Of a stretch of 64,000 nt of DNA, positions 8,876 through 18,840 are shown one piece after another. Origin of the DNA: Phycisphaerae bacterium (GTDB taxonomy: Bacteria; Planctomycetota; Phycisphaerae; UBA1845); NCBI GenBank assembly GCA_963666835.2, contig CAXXGO010000005.1, positions 160,001 through 224,000 of the forward strand, read 5' to 3'. Numbering within the stretch: the first letter of the stretch is position 1; each line of letters begins with the position of its first letter. Made by a program: the position numbers and the translations under genes. Below the pieces are notes generated by a model. It made no database searches and was not told the DNA's origin. It saw nothing but the letters and a program-made list of their open reading frames with translations.

Positions 8876-10597
8876 CTAAGCCACGACCTCGCGGGCGGCG
8901 TAGCGTGTGTGCAACAGATGGTGACTCTTTTCGCCCAGCGGCTCCCCGAGGAAGTCAGCGTAAAGCTGTTGGATCTCGGGGTTCAAATGCGACGCGCGAA
9001 TCTCGTCGTCGCGGTCAATCTGGTACAAAGCCTTCATTCGCGCCCGCAGTACGTCTATGTCCGCTCCCAACGGTTGACCGCCGCCTCCGATACACCCGCC
9101 CGGACAAGTCATCACTTCAATGAAGTGCAGGTCGTCGCGGCCGTTACGGAGCTCGTCCAGTAATGCCGCTGCGTTTGCCAGACCGCTGACCACCGCTACG
9201 CCCAGTTCCAGTCCATCGATTTTGACCGTGGCGCGCTTAACCCCTTTGAGGCCGCGCAGTTGTTGGAGTCTCAGCTCCGGCAGTTCCGTTCCGGTGATAA
9301 GGAAGTGGGCCGAGCGGATTGCGGCTTCCATCACGCCGCCCGTGACTCCGAAGAGCTTGCCGGCGCTGCTGCGCTGTCCGAGTGGGGAATCCGCGGTGTC
9401 GGATTCCAGCGTGTTAAGGTCCAACCCCCGCATCTTGATGAGCCGGGCCAGCTCGCGCGTCGTCAATACTGCGTCGATATCCGGCAGCCCATCGCGAGCC
9501 ATCTCCGGTCGGGCGGCCTCGAACTTCTTGGCTGTGCAGGGCATGATCGAGACGCTGTAGATGTCCTTCGGATCGAGCCCCTGTTTCTGGGCATAGTGGG
9601 TTTTGATGACTGCTCCGAGCATCTGCTGAGGGCTCTTACAGCTCGACAGATTGGGGATGAAGTCCGGGTAGAGCTGCTCGACGAATTTGATCCACCCCGG
9701 TGAGCAGCTCGTCATCATCGGCAGCGTTCCACCTTTCTGAATACGCTGCACCAGTTCGGAGCCTTCTTCCATGATCGTCAGGTCCGCCGCGAAGGCCGTA
9801 TCGAACACGCGGTCGAATCCCAGTGTCCGCAGTGCCGCTACCATGACGCCGGCGACGTCTTTGCCCGGCTTCATGCCGAACTCCTCCGCCAGCGTTACCG
9901 ACACGGCCGGGGCGTGCTGCACTACAACGGTCTTACTCGAATCGGCCAAAGCCTCTATGACCTCGCCGAGGTTGTTCTGCTCGCGCAGTGCACCGGTTGG
10001 GCAGACCATCACGCACTGCCCACAGTTGATGCAGCTCGAGACGTTCATTCCCTGGTTAAAGGCCGTGCCGACCACCGCCTGGCTGCCGCGTCTGATAAAG
10101 TCGATAGCGGCCACCCCCTGAATTTCCTCACAGAAGCGAACGCACTTGCCGCAGAGGATGCACTTGGACGGGTCGCGCACCAGCGCCGGGCTCGATACGT
10201 CGAGTTGGTACTTGTTGCGGTCGCCGTGGTAACGCCGCTCGCGCACTCCCAACTCGTGCGCCAGGCTCTGCAGCTCGCATTCGTTGTTACGCACGCAATA
10301 CAAGCAGTCGTCCGGATGGCTCGCCAGCAGTAGCTCGATGATTGTCTGCCGGGCCCGCACGGCCCGCGGTGAATGGGTCTGCACTTTCATCCCGTCGACC
10401 GCCGGGTAGGCGCAGGACGGCACCAAGTTGTGCTGTCCCTCGACCTCGACCACGCACATACGGCACGCCCCGGTCGGCGTAAGGCCCTTCATATAGCATA
10501 ACGTCGGCACCTTCACCCCGGCGCGGCGGCACACATCCAGAATGGTCTCACCGTGCTCGGCTTTCACCGGTCGACCGTTAATCTCAACCGTAGTCAC
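8876..10597 (-). CDS. hydA: Group A [FeFe]-hydrogenase catalytic subunit (HydA/HndD-like)
   Basis: Canonical L1 TSCSPGW, L2 MPCTAKKFE, L3 EVMTCPGGCIGGGGQP; N-terminal 2Fe-2S, His-ligated 4Fe-4S and 2x4Fe-4S domains; GTG at 10597 after GGAG. Confidence 0.95.
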   Translation of the reverse strand: MTTVEINGRPVKAEHGETILDVCRRAGVKVPTLCYMKGLTPTGACRMCVVEVEGQHNLVPSCAYPAVDGMKVQTHSPRAVRARQTIIELLLASHPDDCLYCVRNNECELQSLAHELGVRERRYHGDRNKYQLDVSSPALVRDPSKCILCGKCVRFCEEIQGVAAIDFIRRGSQAVVGTAFNQGMNVSSCINCGQCVMVCPTGALREQNNLGEVIEALADSSKTVVVQHAPAVSVTLAEEFGMKPGKDVAGVMVAALRTLGFDRVFDTAFAADLTIMEEGSELVQRIQKGGTLPMMTSCSPGWIKFVEQLYPDFIPNLSSCKSPQQMLGAVIKTHYAQKQGLDPKDIYSVSIMPCTAKKFEAARPEMARDGLPDIDAVLTTRELARLIKMRGLDLNTLESDTADSPLGQRSSAGKLFGVTGGVMEAAIRSAHFLITGTELPELRLQQLRGLKGVKRATVKIDGLELGVAVVSGLANAAALLDELRNGRDDLHFIEVMTCPGGCIGGGGQPLGADIDVLRARMKALYQIDRDDEIRASHLNPEIQQLYADFLGEPLGEKSHHLLHTRYAAREVVA

Positions 10598-10641
10598 AAC
10601 CAACTCCACTTCTTGGATTGCACCGTTCCTGCTCGGCCGAG

Positions 10642-12624
10642 TTACTCCGCGATTACCGCACCCAACCGACACACGTCGTAGCATGCCCCGCACGCAATGC
10701 ACTTGTCTTCAACGATATAATGCGGGGCCTTTACCGTCCCGAAGATCGCCTCGGCCGGACAGTGCTTAGCACACAGCGCGCAGCCTTTGCAGGCGTCCGG
10801 ATCGATGCGATAACGCAGCAGCTCGCGGCACGCGCCCGCCGGGCATCTGCGCTCATACACATGCGCCTCATACTCATGCCGGAACCACCGCAAGGTCGAT
10901 AGCACGGGATTGACCGCCGATTGACCCAAACCGCATAAACTCGTGTCGCGGATCACCGCTGCCAGCCGCTCCAGGTTCATCACGCCCTTGAATCGCTCGA
11001 GAGCGTCGTGGCCGGTCTCATTTCGGCGAGCCCGGGTGATGCCCTGCAGGATCTCCAGCATCCGCTTCGTGCCTTCGCGGCATGGAATGCACTTGCCGCA
11101 GCTTTCACGCTGGATGAAGTCCATGAAGAACTTGGCCACGTCCACCATGCACGTGTCTTCGTCCATGACGACGAGTCCGCCCGAGCCCATCATCGCACCG
11201 ACTGTTTTTAGCGACTCGTAATCGATCTCGATGTCCAGGCGTTGCTCCGGTATGCACCCGCCGGAAGGCCCGCCGATCTGTACGGCCTTGAACTTCTTTC
11301 CATCGGGGATTCCGCCGCCGATATCGAAGACTATTTCGCGCACGGTGGTGCCCATCGCAACCTCGACGAGCCCGGTCAACGCGATCTTGCCCGACAGGGC
11401 GAAGACCTTCGTCCCCTTGCTTGTTTCCGTTCCGACCGCGGAGAACCACGCTGAACCGTTCTCCGCCAGGGCCGGCAAGTTTGCGAGCGTCTCGACGTTG
11501 TTGATCACGGTCGGCTTGCCAAACAGGCCATTGACCGCCGGGAAGGGGGGGCGCGGTCGCGGCATCCCGCGCTTGCCTTCGATACTGTGGATTAGTGCCG
11601 TCTCTTCACCGCAGACGAATGCGCCCGCACCCATCTTGATAAGGATGTGGAGGTCAAACCCGCTGCCGAGGATGTTCTCGCCCAGCAAGCCGTAGGCGTG
11701 AGCTCGATCTATCGCCTGGCGGAGCCGTTCGATTGCCAATGGATACTCGGCGCGAATGTAGACGTAGGCCTTTTTCGCACCGATTGCGTAAGCTGCGATG
11801 GCCATCCCCTCCACGAGACGATGCGGATCACCCTCAATAACCGCCCGATCCATGAACGCTCCGGGGTCACCCTCGTCCGCGTTACAGATCAGGTACTTCT
11901 GCTCGCTCGGCGTGTTCAGGGCGAACTTCCACTTCCGCCCGGTAGGGAATCCACCGCCCCCGCGACCGCGCAGCCCCGATTGTTCAACTTCATCGCACAC
12001 TTCCGCGGGTGTTTTCGCACGCAGGATGCGCGCGAGTGCCTGGTAGCCGCCCCGCGCCAGATACTCGTCAATACTGCCAGGATCGATAAGTCCGCAGTTG
12101 GCCAACACCCAGCGCGTTTGTGGGGCGAAGAACGGATGCTCATCGAGATACGGTACTCCGGGCCAGGGTTTGGCCTGGGTTGCTCCGTTCGTCGCCGGAC
12201 GGAACTGTCCCAGCGCTCCTTCAGCGGGAATCCCGCCGGCCAGCACTTCATCGAATAGCGCGTCGACCTTCTTCTCGGTCACGTGCTGAAAGCTGACTCT
12301 CAATCGATCGGGGAGTTGTACGTCGACCAACGGCTCGGCGGCACACAGGCCTATGCAGCCGACTTCGACAACGTCGGCGTCCAGTTCATGAGTATCGAGG
12401 TACCTGCGAATGGCCGTTAGGGTCTTTGCCGCGCCGGCGCCGAGCCCGCATGTGCCCGCTCCGACGAAAATCGTCGGCCGGGTAACGACATCGCGCCGTA
12501 AGTTGGTCAGGCGCTCCTCAGCCTGAGCTGCGCCGGGTTCTCCGCGCAACAGGTCGCGTACCCACGCTGGTTGCCTGGCGGCCGTGGTGTGACAATCGCA
12601 GGGCGTCGTCCTACTCGTTGCCAT
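10642..12624 (-). CDS. hydB: NuoF-like diaphorase subunit (HydB/HndC) with N-terminal thioredoxin-like 2Fe-2S and C-terminal 2x4Fe-4S domains
   Basis: GRGGGGFPTG, CNADEGDPGAFMDR, GAFVCGEETAL, ESCGKCIPCREG; start placed at MATSRTT. Confidence 0.93.
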   Translation of the reverse strand: MATSRTTPCDCHTTAARQPAWVRDLLRGEPGAAQAEERLTNLRRDVVTRPTIFVGAGTCGLGAGAAKTLTAIRRYLDTHELDADVVEVGCIGLCAAEPLVDVQLPDRLRVSFQHVTEKKVDALFDEVLAGGIPAEGALGQFRPATNGATQAKPWPGVPYLDEHPFFAPQTRWVLANCGLIDPGSIDEYLARGGYQALARILRAKTPAEVCDEVEQSGLRGRGGGGFPTGRKWKFALNTPSEQKYLICNADEGDPGAFMDRAVIEGDPHRLVEGMAIAAYAIGAKKAYVYIRAEYPLAIERLRQAIDRAHAYGLLGENILGSGFDLHILIKMGAGAFVCGEETALIHSIEGKRGMPRPRPPFPAVNGLFGKPTVINNVETLANLPALAENGSAWFSAVGTETSKGTKVFALSGKIALTGLVEVAMGTTVREIVFDIGGGIPDGKKFKAVQIGGPSGGCIPEQRLDIEIDYESLKTVGAMMGSGGLVVMDEDTCMVDVAKFFMDFIQRESCGKCIPCREGTKRMLEILQGITRARRNETGHDALERFKGVMNLERLAAVIRDTSLCGLGQSAVNPVLSTLRWFRHEYEAHVYERRCPAGACRELLRYRIDPDACKGCALCAKHCPAEAIFGTVKAPHYIVEDKCIACGACYDVCRLGAVIAE

Positions 12625-13099
12625 TGCTTGCGAGTTCCTTGTTGTATTGCCTAATGATCTTGCGGATCTTGTCCGGGGTGACTCCGGCGTGAAACTCGCC
12701 GTTGATTGCCACCACGGGGGCGAGCCCACACGCTCCGATGCACGCCACCACTTCGATACTGAACTTCCCGTCGCGCGTCGTCTGGCCCGGTTCGATCTTG
12801 AGCGCATGCCGCAACGCGTCGAGCACCGCGGCCGATCCCTTCACGTGACACGCGGTTCCGCGACATACCTGGCAGTGCACTTTGCCCTTGGGCTGAAAAC
12901 GAAACTGGTTGTAGAACGTCGCGACTCCGTAGACCTTACTGACCGGCAGCTTCAGCCATCTTCCGACGTCGACCATAGCTTTGCGCGACAGGTAACCGTA
13001 CCGCTCCTGCACGGCCTGTAGGATCGGGATGAGTTGCTCCCGCCTTGCATCCGGAAACGTGTTCAGAACGTCCGCCACATCTTCGTGTTGGGCAATCAC
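12611..13099 (-). CDS. hydC: NuoE-like 2Fe-2S subunit (HydC/HndA)
   Basis: VATFYNQF, CRGTACHVKG, CIGACGLAP; GTG start overlaps the rex stop. Confidence 0.92.
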   Translation of the reverse strand: MIAQHEDVADVLNTFPDARREQLIPILQAVQERYGYLSRKAMVDVGRWLKLPVSKVYGVATFYNQFRFQPKGKVHCQVCRGTACHVKGSAAVLDALRHALKIEPGQTTRDGKFSIEVVACIGACGLAPVVAINGEFHAGVTPDKIRKIIRQYNKELASNGNE

Positions 13100-13743
13100 A
13101 CCTTCTCCTCCGACCGACCCGCCCGGGCAAAAAACGCCACCTTTTCGAGCAGCAGGGCGATGTCCGCGTCTTCCACAAAGACCGAATCCGGCACGTGCAA
13201 ACGTACCGGCGCAAAGTTCAACAAGCCGCTCACCCCAGCGGCGATCAGACGTATTGCCGTATCCTGTGCGGCTTCGGCGGGGACCGCGATCACGCCGACG
13301 CGCATGGGGCACTCTGCGAGGACCCGCTCCAGTTCATCGATCATGTAGCAGCGGTACCCGTGCGTAATCCGGCCGGTTTTCTCTGGGTTGATGTCAAAGG
13401 CGGCGACTTGATATTCCGGGTGCTGCCGCGCGAGATAGTCCAGAATCGCCCGGCCCAGGTGCCCTGCGCCAACAAGGGCAAACCCTCCTATTGAGCGGGT
13501 GTCCAGTAATCCCGCGAGATGCTCGATGAGACCCTCAACGCCATAGCCTGTCGCCGGGCTACCGGTGTAGCCGATGGTCATCAGGTCCCGCCGCACCTGC
13601 GCCGGGGTGACCCGCTCAAGTCGGGCTAACTCGTGCGAGTAGATTTGAGTCCGTCCCTCTCCCAGGCATTGGCGCAGATGCCGCCTGTACGCCACTAGAC
13701 GCTCGACCATACGGTTCGGCAACGGCTCGACCCGATCAGGCAT
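13096..13743 (-). CDS. rex: Redox-sensing transcriptional repressor Rex
   Basis: wHTH SHELA...QVRRDL...GY; Rossmann GAGHLGRA; LNFAP motif. Confidence 0.93.
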   Translation of the reverse strand: MPDRVEPLPNRMVERLVAYRRHLRQCLGEGRTQIYSHELARLERVTPAQVRRDLMTIGYTGSPATGYGVEGLIEHLAGLLDTRSIGGFALVGAGHLGRAILDYLARQHPEYQVAAFDINPEKTGRITHGYRCYMIDELERVLAECPMRVGVIAVPAEAAQDTAIRLIAAGVSGLLNFAPVRLHVPDSVFVEDADIALLLEKVAFFARAGRSEEKV

Positions 13744-13802
13744 TTGCTCCCCTCGCCGACACCCCATATCAAAGACCGCCATCTCTCTTCGTGCGGGGCG
13801 TG

Positions 13803-13837
13803 CTGTGAACACAATCACACTGCTAACTCATTCACAG
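13803..13837. promoter_or_regulatory. Two tandem Rex operator boxes
   Basis: CTGTGAA-CACA-ATCACAC (13803-13820) and CTGCTAA-CTCA-TTCACAG (13820-13837) match the Rex consensus TTGTGAA-N4-TTCACAA; directly upstream of rex. Confidence 0.8.
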
Positions 13838-13864
13838 TATACAACACCGCGCGCCCGCGGTCAA
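13836..13864 (-). promoter_or_regulatory. Sigma70-type promoter of the rex-hyd operon
   Basis: Minus strand TTGACC (13864-13859) - 17 bp - TATACT (13841-13836). Confidence 0.8.
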
Positions 13865-13961
13865 GCGGATAACCGGATTCGGGTGTACCATTCATTCTGG
13901 TCGGTTGCGCGTTAAAGCGACAGCGGAGGCGCGGTGTGGATGCGCGGGTGATCGCGCGACC

Positions 13962-14777
13962 TCACGCAGCAGATGAGCCTCGCCTGCTGCACATCGGGTC
14001 GTAGACGGGCGATGGGGCGACCGGTTCATTATCGAACGTAAGCGGCCGGTCGGCTTCTGGAGATCGAGGGAATGCGGACATCCCGGGCGGATTAGACGAG
14101 CAAGGCAGGAACACGGTGAACGTCGATCCCTCGTTCTCGCGCGTCTCAAGAGTCAATCGACCGCCATGTCGTTCCACCAGGCTCTTGGCACCGGCGAGGC
14201 CCACGCCGCTACCTTCGATTCCGCTCGCTCTGGCGTTCGAAGCGCGGAAGAACTCCCCGAACAGCCTGGGAACGTCGGCATCCGGGATGCCCATTCCGGT
14301 GTCGGTCACGGCCAGCACCGCCGAGTCATCCTGCTGCTGCAACGAGACGGTAACTGAGCCCGATGGTGTGTACTTGACGGCGTTGGAGACCAGGTTGGAC
14401 AGCACCAGGCGGTACCCTTGCACGTCGAAGCGGGCGTGGACGGGGTTCGAGGGCAGGTCGACGCGAAGGGCGAGCCCTTTTTGTTCGGCCTGTTCGCAGT
14501 ATTGCATGCAGCCCCGCTCGGTCTCCGCCCGAAGGTCCATCAGTTCGGCCTCGCCGAGGGGGCCATCAGACTTTGCACGCGCCAGATCGAGCAAATCAGT
14601 GATCAGCTCGGTCAGACTCCCCATCCGACGCGAGATCCTCGCCACCACTGCCCCTACAGGCGTGTCCGCCACGCTCTCGCGGCAAAGGAGCGCGTCGGCC
14701 AGCATTTGGGTGTCAGCCACGGGAGCCTTCAGCTCATGGACCATCATGCGAATGAACTGGGCCTGTTCTGTTTCCAC
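13962..14777 (-). CDS. Histidine kinase core without a sensor domain (HisKA-HATPase_c)
   Basis: FIRMMVHELKAP at the very N-terminus; NAVKY, DTGMG, GSGVGL. Confidence 0.8.
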   Translation of the reverse strand: METEQAQFIRMMVHELKAPVADTQMLADALLCRESVADTPVGAVVARISRRMGSLTELITDLLDLARAKSDGPLGEAELMDLRAETERGCMQYCEQAEQKGLALRVDLPSNPVHARFDVQGYRLVLSNLVSNAVKYTPSGSVTVSLQQQDDSAVLAVTDTGMGIPDADVPRLFGEFFRASNARASGIEGSGVGLAGAKSLVERHGGRLTLETRENEGSTFTVFLPCSSNPPGMSAFPRSPEADRPLTFDNEPVAPSPVYDPMCSRRGSSAA

Positions 14778-15001
14778 TAGTCTCAGTCCTTTTTCTCTTC
14801 GGCCACATTCAGGGTCCGCCCGCGGCCCACTCCGCGGGCGTCACATAGGTGTTCGTGCGCGAAGCGAGAATCAGCCCTTCGAAAGAGGAAAAAAAAGCAG
14901 TTTGCCGTCGAAACCCCAAATGTGGTGACTCCAGGGCGCGAAAGAACAGGGCGGGCCGACCTTGGTTGACCCGCCCGTTGCGTTGTGCTCCTGGAAGGCG
15001 G

Positions 15002-18000
15002 TTAGTTCGGACCGCTGAACGCCTTCTGGAACAGGGCGAGGTCGGCCAAGTCCACGGTTCCGCTATCGTCCATATCGAAGCAGGTGCAGCCGTCTTGCAT
15101 CGCGATATCCGGACCGGCCAGGCACTCCGCCAGGATTCCGAAGTCATCCAGGTCGGCATCGTTATCCATGTCGCAATCGCCCGACATGTTCGCCACGGTC
15201 ACCAGGGTGACGTCGTTCTCACCGTAGATGATCTCGGAGCCGCCGGCGTTGTTGATCGTCTGGCCGTTCAGGAACTCAAACTCGCCCGTTCCGGATTTGA
15301 ATGTCATAATCGTGAACGAGTCGCCGGGTAGGGGCTTGAATCCGTCAACCAACTCGATGGACAGCTCGCCACCGAGGTTAGCCGTTCCCTTGTGGGTGAT
15401 CTGATCGTGCTTCGTTCCGGGAGTCAAGCCCCCGATCTGGATCTCGACCGTGCCCGCGTAGGTGACATTCCCGCGACTCACGCCGGCGGGGCCGGTGTAG
15501 CCGGGAGAATCGGTGCCGAGGATGGTCACGTTGTTCAATGTGCCTAATCCTCTTATGTATCCAGTCAGTTCGATCTGCTCGACAGCGGAGTTCCCGAGGA
15601 TCGCACCGTCGTTGGTCAGTGACTTCGTCGGGTCATCCAGTGTTTCGATGACGCCGTGGCCGGTAACATGATCGCTGGAGGTCAGCCCGAGGCCGTTGGG
15701 CACGGTTAGCGTACCGCCGGCAATGCTCGTCGAACTGCCCGTGAAGAGCAGTCCTTGGTGATTAAGCGTTACATGATGGGGACCGACGGTGAGGCCACTG
15801 CCTATCTGAACTCCGCTGCTGCTATTGAGATTGCCGACCGTAAGATCACCGGTCGCCGTGACGGTGCCGGCCGTCCAGAAATCGCCGTTGACCGTGCCGA
15901 AGTCGTGGAAGTTCGCAGCAAGCATATCGAATAGCTCGGCGTTGATCGTTCCGCCGTTCAGGGTCGTTGCGAGGATGTTGAGAACGGTCACGTCCTGCTC
16001 CACCGTCACGGTTGCACCGGGTGCCAGGGATAGCGCGTGGATGTGCCCGCTGCCGTAGTCGCCGGACCCGATCAGCAGCGATCCCGGCATGGTCCAGGTC
16101 GAGCCCGCATCGTAGAGCGCGACCGGCGTCCATCCGTCGCCGACGATTGCCCCGTTCAGGGTCCCGCTGTTCGATATATCCAGCGGGCCTCCAGACAAGT
16201 CCAGAATACCGGAGCCATGCACCGCGACGTCACCGGTAAGATCCAGGTGGGGTGTCTTGACGATTCCGTTGTCGATTTCGACGGCAAACCCGTCCCAGAT
16301 TTTCGTCGTTCCGCCGACGATGAGCTTCGCGCCGTTATCGACGTTGATCATGCCGGTGCCCCCGGCGGTAGCCGAGTCGCCTCCGGCGTACAACGAACCG
16401 CCGCATTTCCACTGGGTGCCGCTGCCGGAGAGTGCGACTTGTGCCGTCGTGCCCGCCTCGGCGGCTATGTAGGCATTGTTGTTGAACACCTTCGCCCCGT
16501 TGGCAACCGATAGCTGCGTGCCCTCGGCACCGCGCACCATCAGGGTGTTGGCCATTGTCCAATCCGTGTTTGCGCCGGTGAGGATCGCCGAGCCCACCCC
16601 GGATGCGTTGCCCACGACTCCGGCACCGCTTTCGACGGCGGCACCACTGCCTATGGTCAGGGTTCCATTCGTGGTCGGCCCCACGAAGAGAGTGTCGGAA
16701 ACCGACAGCGACTTGTGGCCGGTGATCTGCAGGTCGTCGCCGAACGGCTCGCCGCTATCGATACTCAGACTGTCGTTCGTGACGTTGATCGAGCCGGTGA
16801 CCCAATTCCAGGCCGTTTCGCAGCCCGTGAGCGTCCCGGCGTTGATGGTCCCGCTGCTTGTAAGGTTGATGTCGCAGCTCGAGTTATGATAGAGCTGGTT
16901 CGTTACTTCTAGCGTTCCCCCATCCACATCGATCGTGCCCGCGGCGTTTAAGTTGGCACAGGCGGTGACCCCGCCATTGGCGGTGAGTGTGCCGTTGTAG
17001 AAGACATCCAGTTCCGCGGCCTCGAACTCTCCGCCGTCAACTGCGATCTCGCCGCCGTTTCGGAGATCTACGTCGCCAAACTGGGCGGAACCGGTGAACA
17101 CGTTGATCAAGCCCGAGGACCAAACCGTCGTGTCTCTCCACACCCGGACGTGTCCCCCGCCCGTCCAGACCAGACCTTCGCCTCCGGGGCCCGTGTCGTC
17201 TCCACCGACGACCAAGTCGCCATGGCAGAACCAGTCTCCCGAGTAGGAGCCGTTCTTACTCACGAAGACGGTGCCCTCCGCTCCGGGCTCCGCACCAACA
17301 TACGCGTCACCGGTGTTGCTGAGCTCGCCGAGCACCGTAACCATCCCATATCCGTTCTTGCCGATGGTCAGTGAACCGTCGTTTGCCCAGGTGCCCCAGA
17401 TTTTCGCGTGCCCGGCCGATCCGAAGGTCACGCCCAGAATCCCGGAACCGTTGTTCAGTTCGCTTTCGTCGTGAACCTCCAGCCTGCCCACGCCGTTGGA
17501 TCCGACCCAGGTCGGGTAGGGACTGGTCCAGATGACCGGACCTTCGTAGTCATAGAACTGATCTCCAAGTTCGAGGGCGCCCTCACTGAGGTCGGCCTGG
17601 CCAAGCAGGACCATTCCGCCCGCGTTCACGTAGCCGGGCGGGGCACATTCGCTCGTGCCGCCAAACAGCTTCAACGAAGCCGTTTGCCCGGCGGTGGTCC
17701 CGACCCTGGCGGCCGTCTTTACGAAGCTGTCGGAGCCGAGAAGATCGTACGATACCGGAGCCATACACCCGGCGGATGCGGGTACTCCGAGCATAAGAGT
17801 GACGTCTCCCTCGGCCACCGTTAGATCCTTGGTTGTCGTCGCAAGTTCTCCGAAGTACACGCTGGTATAGCCGGACCGGTCGAATACTGCGGTATCCGAG
17901 CTTGCCGGTGGCCCGGTCGGCGTCCAGTTTGCGGGGATGTTGAAATAGCCGCCGGATGGCCCGGTGTACTCGTAGACGGCGGCGTACGCGGGCTGCAAGC

Positions 18001-18076
18001 ACGCGACGAGTGTCAAAGCTACGCCAATCAACCGCGGTAGGGGTATTACGTTCTTTCTCATGACAGTCACTTTCAT
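15002..18076 (-). CDS. Large secreted Gly-rich beta-strand-repeat protein (autotransporter-passenger/PEP-CTERM-associated-like repeats) with a C-terminal dockerin-like double EF-hand
   Basis: Signal peptide ending PAYA-A; repeated G.L.V/W...G.L.VG units; tail GDCDMDNDADLDDF...FDMDDSGTVDLADLALFQ. Confidence 0.75.
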   Translation of the reverse strand: MKVTVMRKNVIPLPRLIGVALTLVACLQPAYAAVYEYTGPSGGYFNIPANWTPTGPPASSDTAVFDRSGYTSVYFGELATTTKDLTVAEGDVTLMLGVPASAGCMAPVSYDLLGSDSFVKTAARVGTTAGQTASLKLFGGTSECAPPGYVNAGGMVLLGQADLSEGALELGDQFYDYEGPVIWTSPYPTWVGSNGVGRLEVHDESELNNGSGILGVTFGSAGHAKIWGTWANDGSLTIGKNGYGMVTVLGELSNTGDAYVGAEPGAEGTVFVSKNGSYSGDWFCHGDLVVGGDDTGPGGEGLVWTGGGHVRVWRDTTVWSSGLINVFTGSAQFGDVDLRNGGEIAVDGGEFEAAELDVFYNGTLTANGGVTACANLNAAGTIDVDGGTLEVTNQLYHNSSCDINLTSSGTINAGTLTGCETAWNWVTGSINVTNDSLSIDSGEPFGDDLQITGHKSLSVSDTLFVGPTTNGTLTIGSGAAVESGAGVVGNASGVGSAILTGANTDWTMANTLMVRGAEGTQLSVANGAKVFNNNAYIAAEAGTTAQVALSGSGTQWKCGGSLYAGGDSATAGGTGMINVDNGAKLIVGGTTKIWDGFAVEIDNGIVKTPHLDLTGDVAVHGSGILDLSGGPLDISNSGTLNGAIVGDGWTPVALYDAGSTWTMPGSLLIGSGDYGSGHIHALSLAPGATVTVEQDVTVLNILATTLNGGTINAELFDMLAANFHDFGTVNGDFWTAGTVTATGDLTVGNLNSSSGVQIGSGLTVGPHHVTLNHQGLLFTGSSTSIAGGTLTVPNGLGLTSSDHVTGHGVIETLDDPTKSLTNDGAILGNSAVEQIELTGYIRGLGTLNNVTILGTDSPGYTGPAGVSRGNVTYAGTVEIQIGGLTPGTKHDQITHKGTANLGGELSIELVDGFKPLPGDSFTIMTFKSGTGEFEFLNGQTINNAGGSEIIYGENDVTLVTVANMSGDCDMDNDADLDDFGILAECLAGPDIAMQDGCTCFDMDDSGTVDLADLALFQKAFSGPN

Positions 18077-18840
18077 TCTCTTTCTGCTTCTTCGCAATCA
18101 GAACCGAGGTGGTTCGCTCGATAAGGTCTTGTGGCCGATTCTTGTTCTTTCTGGTTTCAGTCGGAGGCAGCGTTTTTGTTCTCGCCCGGCATATCCGTCT
18201 GAGACTCATGCTCGCGGAACCTGTCCTCCAGATTCCAATCTCCAGGCCGCCGGCCGCTGCGGATAGCCATCTCGGCTTGAGCCTCGCGGATCCCCCAATC
18301 CTCGCTACGCCCGGTACTCCACTTGATCTTCGGTGTCACTCTCTTTCCTTCCTTTTCGTTGGTGCGGTCAGAACCGAGGTGATTCGCACCTCGGCATTTG
18401 CGGTTCGACTCAGGCCCACGCGGCGTCCCCAAGCCACTGATCGTTCAGGCTGTTTCGCCGGCCGGTCGCCGCCGTCCGGCGACCGCCTCACAAAAGGGTT
18501 CGCATGACGTGCTGGAATCAGCCCCGAAGAAGCAGAAAGATCTTTTGGACGCGGGGTCTGCAGGCCGCGACCGGCCTGGCCGGTTGTCAGAGCAGTTTGT
18601 TATCGGGTCTTCGGGTGCTGATTGAGGATTCTGGAAGCCCGTTCCGGCGCGCTGAAGCTGCACGCGGGTTTTGGTTTCGAACCGGCGTCGCGGGCTGCCG
18701 GACGATGCGTTTTGCAGAGAGTATCTGCCGGCTTCTTGAGGGCCGCGACCAATCCGAGGCTTCAGGCGGATTCCGAAAAGGCACGGGACGCCTTGATTAC
18801 TGCGGTAGGGCGGCGTCGCCCGCGATCGGCCCGACCCGGC

